Shown here in pieces: positions 59,271-64,000 of a DNA stretch of 64,000 nt. The position numbers and the translations under genes were made by a program. The stretch is taken from assembly GCA_028534125.1 (NCBI GenBank), contig CM052839.1:6634001-6698000 (forward strand), in the 5' to 3' direction. A model generated the notes under the pieces. The model was not told where the DNA came from. It saw only the letters and a list, made by a program, of their open reading frames with translations, and made no database searches. Numbering within the stretch: position 1 is the first letter of the stretch; every line of letters starts with the position of its first letter. The DNA is from Lama glama. Taxonomy: Eukaryota.

Positions 59271-60279
59271 TAACCCACACTAGGCAGTGAGATGATCATA
59301 CAGAAAGGTTTCTGGCAGAAGGGGCACTGAACCAAGCCCTGAAAGGAGTCAGGCAAGTAGTAAGGACTCAGGTCATGGAGGGTCTGATTAGATCTATTCT
59401 CAGGATACTGGTGAGTCATGGAAGATTCCTATGCAGGAGCTGACTAGCTGGACTTTTGTTTCTGAAATATTCCTCTGGCTGTCAGGTGAGGAAAAGCAAG
59501 TGGGTAAGGGTGGGAGGTGGTGAGGCTGGATTGAGGTGGGAGGTTAATGAAGAGGCTGCTGCAGCAATTCAGGTGAAGAAGATAGTAACTGAACTAAGGG
59601 GAGAAGCAGATAAGTGGAAACAGGTGGATGGATTCTAGGGCTATTTAAGAAGCAGCAGGGGCATGGCATGGTGATTGACTGTTTGGAACAGGAAAGGGGT
59701 AGGCTGTGAAGACTCCCAGGTTTCTGGCTCCAGATTGGGACAGGGAGGCAAGAGGCGAGGTTTGGGGGAGTGATACGAAGCTATGTCTTGTGCAAGTGGT
59801 GGAGTGAGGTGCAAGTGGTGGGGTGGGTGCCAGATGACACGCAGTGGAGAATGTAACTGAACAAAGAGTTGATGAGCTCTCCAGCGAAGAGGTGGGGGAC
59901 AGAGGCCCCAGAAACAGCTATCGTGAAGGTCAGGATGTCCTCTTGTCCCCTCATTCTCCCTGCTCCAGCTAGGCCATTCCTGTCGCCTGCTCACAGTCCT
60001 TCCCCAAACAAGAACCTAATTATGACCCCACCACTCTGTTAAAACCGCTTCCTGTCTCCCTTACCCTCACCCCCACCCCCCTCAGCGGAAGGCTAAACTC
60101 CTCAGTTTACCATTCAAGGTCTTTCTCACTGGCCGTCGGCCTGGGCCCCATCCCCTGTTGACCATCTCGCTTTGCCCCTCTCCTAATACACACTGAGCCT
60201 CATTCCCCCCAACCCACGGGGGTTCGTGCGCCTTTGCCCCTGACAGGCCGAGATGGTTGGGGCACAATGGGTTTTTCAG

Positions 60280-61120
60280 GGGAAGCGCCCGTATCCTCTA
60301 AGCCTCGCTAAGGGGCCCATGCCACGGCTTGGAGGGAGTTCGGGAACCCTAGGCGCCTGCAGCAGGGTGACGGGGGCGTGACCAGCCCAGTCCCGCCGCA
60401 GGAGGAGGTGCCCCTGCCGAGCCACCGCCCGCGGCAGCCCCTCCCCTCCAGGAGCAGGCGGGAGTCCTGGGCTCTGATTGGGTGGTGCCGGAGGGGGCCG
60501 CGCGGCCCGACCAATGAGCACGGGCCAGGCGCGGTAGCGGGCGGAGGAGCTAGCGCTGCCTGGAGCCGCGGCGCAGGCAGTCTGAGCTCCGCGATCTCGG
60601 CCCTGGCGAGGCGGGCGGGGCGGGCAGGGAGCGCGCCGCGGGAGCGAGCCTCGCCGCCCGCCGGGCCGCGGAGACCGTCGCAGGCACCCAGGTAGGGGTC
60701 AGCTGGAAGGGGACCTGGGGCGGGCAGCAGGAGAGAACTAATGTCTGAACGTCTGCTCGGAGCCTGCGGAGGAGAGGGATGGTCTGCGAGGCTGCGTCTG
60801 CAAGGACATTAGAGACCTCGTCCATGCGGGGATCCTCCCCCTTCGGTCTGCGGGGCCCGGTCTGTGGGGTACCTCCCGGAGCCTGCTTCTATCTGCGCTG
60901 GCACCTGGGATCGCACCTATGAGGGCGCCCCGCCGTCTGCGTCCCTTCCCCAGCTCTGGTCGGCGGGACCGCGTCCATACGCGGCGCACTACCTCCGCCC
61001 CAGCTCTTGGTGGGAGGCCGTGTCTATGTGGAGTGGGCCCAGACGGGTGCACCCACGTGTGGATCTGCGCGAAGCGCTCCTCCCACACGGCCCTCCCGTG
61101 AGCCTTCCTGCAGGAGCTGT
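60280..61120 (+). promoter_or_regulatory. CAMKK1: CpG-island promoter with two CCAAT boxes (ATTGG 60477-60481, CCAAT 60511-60515) and GC boxes; probably CAMKK1
   Basis: CpG density and motifs seen directly. Gene identity rests only on conserved mammalian order ATP2A3-P2RX1-CAMKK1 on one strand; no CAMKK1 coding sequence in the window. Confidence 0.7.
60580..60691 (+). other. CAMKK1: Probable non-coding exon 1 of CAMKK1 (start approximate)
   Basis: Strong donor CAG|gtaggg at 60691/60692 downstream of the CCAAT/GC boxes. Confidence 0.55.
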
Positions 61121-61430
61121 GGCGGGGGGATGAATGGGACAGATGGGGCGCGCGTGGCTTTAGCTGCGCAGTCCTCCCAGGCTGGGGCCAGGGGGAGGTG
61201 GGCGAGGGAGGTGGACGCTGCGGTTTCTGCGGCCAGACAGCACAGAGAACTGGTGGCTCGGAGGGTGCACACGTGCGCGGTGACCTGTGTGTGGTGTTTA
61301 GAGGCGGGTGTGCATGTGTCACGTGGACACGGGAGTGTGCCTGTGTGTGTGAGGGGGGTGCATTACAGGATGGAGTGGTGTGTGAGGGCGGGTCACGCGG
61401 ACATCGGCGTGCGCCTGTTCCGGGAGTGGG

Positions 61431-61458
61431 GTGTGTGTGTGTGTGTGTGTGTGTGTGT
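61431..61458. repeat. (GT)14 microsatellite
   Basis: Counted directly. Confidence 0.95.
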
Positions 61459-62049
61459 CTTGAGAGTACAGGGGTGTGTAGAAAAGGTTATGTCCCAGGT
61501 CACAGGACTGTGCCTTGGTGGGCACATTTGGGGTTGTATATTTGCCAGGTGGGCTGGGGAGTCGGGAGGGGTGCAGAGCTTGTGTCCTTGAGGATGCACT
61601 GGCCGCCCCCACGGCCCTCACTCCTTCCTTCAGGACATACAGACTGAGCACCCACGATATACCAGACCATGTCCTAGGCCCGCAGACTCTAGGGACCCCT
61701 GCCTTTTCCTTGGCCTCTTACCTTCAGTCCCAACAGAAGGCAGAGGGATCACTTTAAAACCTCATCCATCTGAGACACTCCCCTGCTCAAAATTCTCCTC
61801 TGGCTTTTGAGACCTCCTGGTCTCTGTCCATAAAGCACCTCCAACCGACCCCAAAGCCACGTTCTGAGTCCCAGACAGGAAATAGTTCTCTGTCATGCAC
61901 AGTGTGAACTTCCATCCTCTCCTCTGAAATCCTTACTCAGTGGTCATGAAAGATCGTAAATGCCACCTCCTGGAATCCTTCCCTGAGATCAGGCACAGTG
62001 AATGACTGGGCCTTCTCTTTCAGGTGTCACTCTGCTTTGCCATTGGGTT

Positions 62050-62506
62050 CCTCTCGCATGTGGAACGCCCCACTCCAGCGACCCCCGCCTCCTTGCTGAT
62101 CCTCAGATAGTAGTGCAAGCACTGTCTCCCCTCACAGCCTTTGCAGTTGCTGTGCCTGAAATGCCCTTCCCAGATGTCCATGCTGCTCACGCCCTCACTT
62201 CCTTCAGATTCTGCTCAAATCCTGCATCAGAGAGATGTTAACTGACCTCACTATGTAAACAGCGCCCCCTAGCGCCTTGCTCTTGATCCCCCTTACATGA
62301 TTGCATATTTCCCCCATAGTTTGTAGGGCTTGACGTATCGTCTGCTAATTCCTGACTTTCTTGTTTGTTGCCTCTTGCCCCGCTAGAGATTAAACTTCGT
62401 GAAAGCAGGAACTTTGTCTTTTTGGTTCACCGTTTTATCTGCCATTACCTAGCACAGTACCTGGGCACATACAGCAGCTGGTCAGTGATTGTTGCATGAA
62501 TGAATG
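62050..62506 (+). mobile_element. L2 3' end
   Basis: gcctttgcagttgctgt...cctagcacagtacctgg...tgaatgaatga. Confidence 0.7.
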
Positions 62507-64000
62507 ACTCTGGGTTTGTGTCCCAGAAGTCTGTGTCTCTGGCTGCTCCCCAACCAGTGAGCCCCAGTCTGAGGCTAGGTCTCCTGCTCTTCTGTCTCCC
62601 AGATTCCAAGATCCTGGAAGGCCAGGTCTGGAAGAACTGTGACCAAATTGGCATGTTAGGAACATTCCTTCTAGCAACTGGTACAGAGGATGGGGTGAGG
62701 TGGGTTGGGGTGTGAGCCTGGAGGCGGCGGCCTGTGTGGCAGAGCAGTGGGAAAGGACAGTCGAGGTCTGAATCTAGACTTTTTAAGGAGTTCGATTTCG
62801 TTACCTAACCCAGTAGTGGGGAGATCAGGGAGGGCTTCCAGAGGAGGAGATGTCTGAACTGTCCTGGCAGCAAAGGAGAGGGAGATGTGTTCTTGGCAGA
62901 AGGCGCAGCTTGTACAAAGATCCGGCAGCTGAACAGAGTCTGCAGTTTGGGGCGCTGTGAGTACTGTGGAGTGGCCAGGGTGGAGAATAACTGTGGGGCT
63001 GGGGGAGTAAGGATGGGTGAGAGGGAGAAGATGGATGATAAGGAGGGCTGCTGGGTTTCTGGCCTGGGAGAACTGGGAGGATGGTGGCCTTTGTTTCTGT
63101 GATGGGGACAGAGGAGGAAGAGCAGACTTGGGGGAAATGCTGAGTTGAATTTGAGCCGCGTTGGAACAGAGCTGCCCAGGAACATGGAGGGGAGGAGGCA
63201 GCCGGCTGGAAAGAGTTGGGCTGGAGGCACAAACCTGGTGTGGAGGATGTGGAAGGGCAGAGGGAGAGGGAGCAACCAGGAGACCATCAGCCAAGGGGTG
63301 CTGAGGATGTGCCGAGGGTTGCTGTGCTGAATCAGGCACAGAGCCCGCCTCAGTGCCTGGGGCCTCCCTGGAGATGGTGGGAGGGGGGCGTCCTTGCAGC
63401 AGGCGTTCTTAAGCATGACTTGGCACCAGATGCCTGGGCCTCCCTCGAGGGTACTGAGTCATCCCGAGCGGGGGTGGGAGCCACGGAGGACACCCGTTGC
63501 CAGGGCCATCCAGACACTTGTCAGGAGCATAAACACGGCTCCTGTGAGGCAGCGCAGGGATGTCAAGACCACTTCTGTGTCTAGCCGGGGTGGCTCCACT
63601 GCCTCCTTATGGCTTTCCCTTCTGGCCAGTCCTCAGCCTGTCAGGGCTGCATCTTTTCTTGCCTAGGTAGCTGGTCCCCTGCTCAACCTGGCCTTGAGGT
63701 TCACAGCAGCCTTCCAGAAGCTCAGGGTGAGGCCTGACGAGTGTCTGAAGTCATCCCAGGTGGGGCTGCTTGAACAAGTGTGAGTGAGAGCAGGATGTGC
63801 CTGCCCTGTCCTGCTCTTGGCCTCCTCTGAGGGACACAGGTGGATAAGGAGGAGGTCTGGCCAAACAGGATTTGGAGCCAGACCCCTGGTGCTGAAAGAC
63901 ATAGCCTGGGAGGAGAAGCCTGAGCGGCCAGGCCGTCCCAGAGCCATGGGGCAGATACAGGGTTGTACTTTGTACATCAAGGCTGTCTCTCGGTGGCTTT

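Noticed and set aside
60700-64000. Search for CAMKK1 coding exons
   Set aside because: No kinase or CAMKK1 N-terminal peptide in any frame; coding sequence presumably starts beyond the window.

Overview
This is mammalian genomic DNA, probably a camelid judging from a vic-1-like SINE at ~58.9 kb (inference). It carries a tandem + strand Ca2+-signalling cluster. (1) ATP2A3 (SERCA3) is complete: 21 coding exons from 2799 to 35169, all with GT-AG boundaries, summing to 3000 nt = 999 aa (SERCA3a form), with a CpG-island promoter and AATAAA at 36552. (2) P2RX1 is complete: 12 exons from 41993 to 55965, 1200 nt = 399 aa. (3) A second CpG island with a non-coding first exon at ~60.3-61.1 kb is assigned to CAMKK1 by known mammalian synteny only. 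Introns hold MIR, L2, L1, MER and MLT relics and four N-runs. I found no new gene system, and most ORFs in the track are chance GC-rich ORFs. The most notable unexplained structures are: a perfect 57-bp templated copy of intron-8 DNA between the branch point and acceptor of ATP2A3 exon 10; an 85-bp direct duplication flanking P2RX1 exons 2-4; a strong-Kozak uORF in the ATP2A3 leader; remodelled SERCA3 alternative C-terminal exons; P2X1 substitutions (P19S, Y51C, P287R, extra N-glycosylation sequons); and a decayed hexamer array rich in TGACCT half-sites. Repeat family calls and human/rodent comparisons are from memory, and repeat coordinates are approximate.
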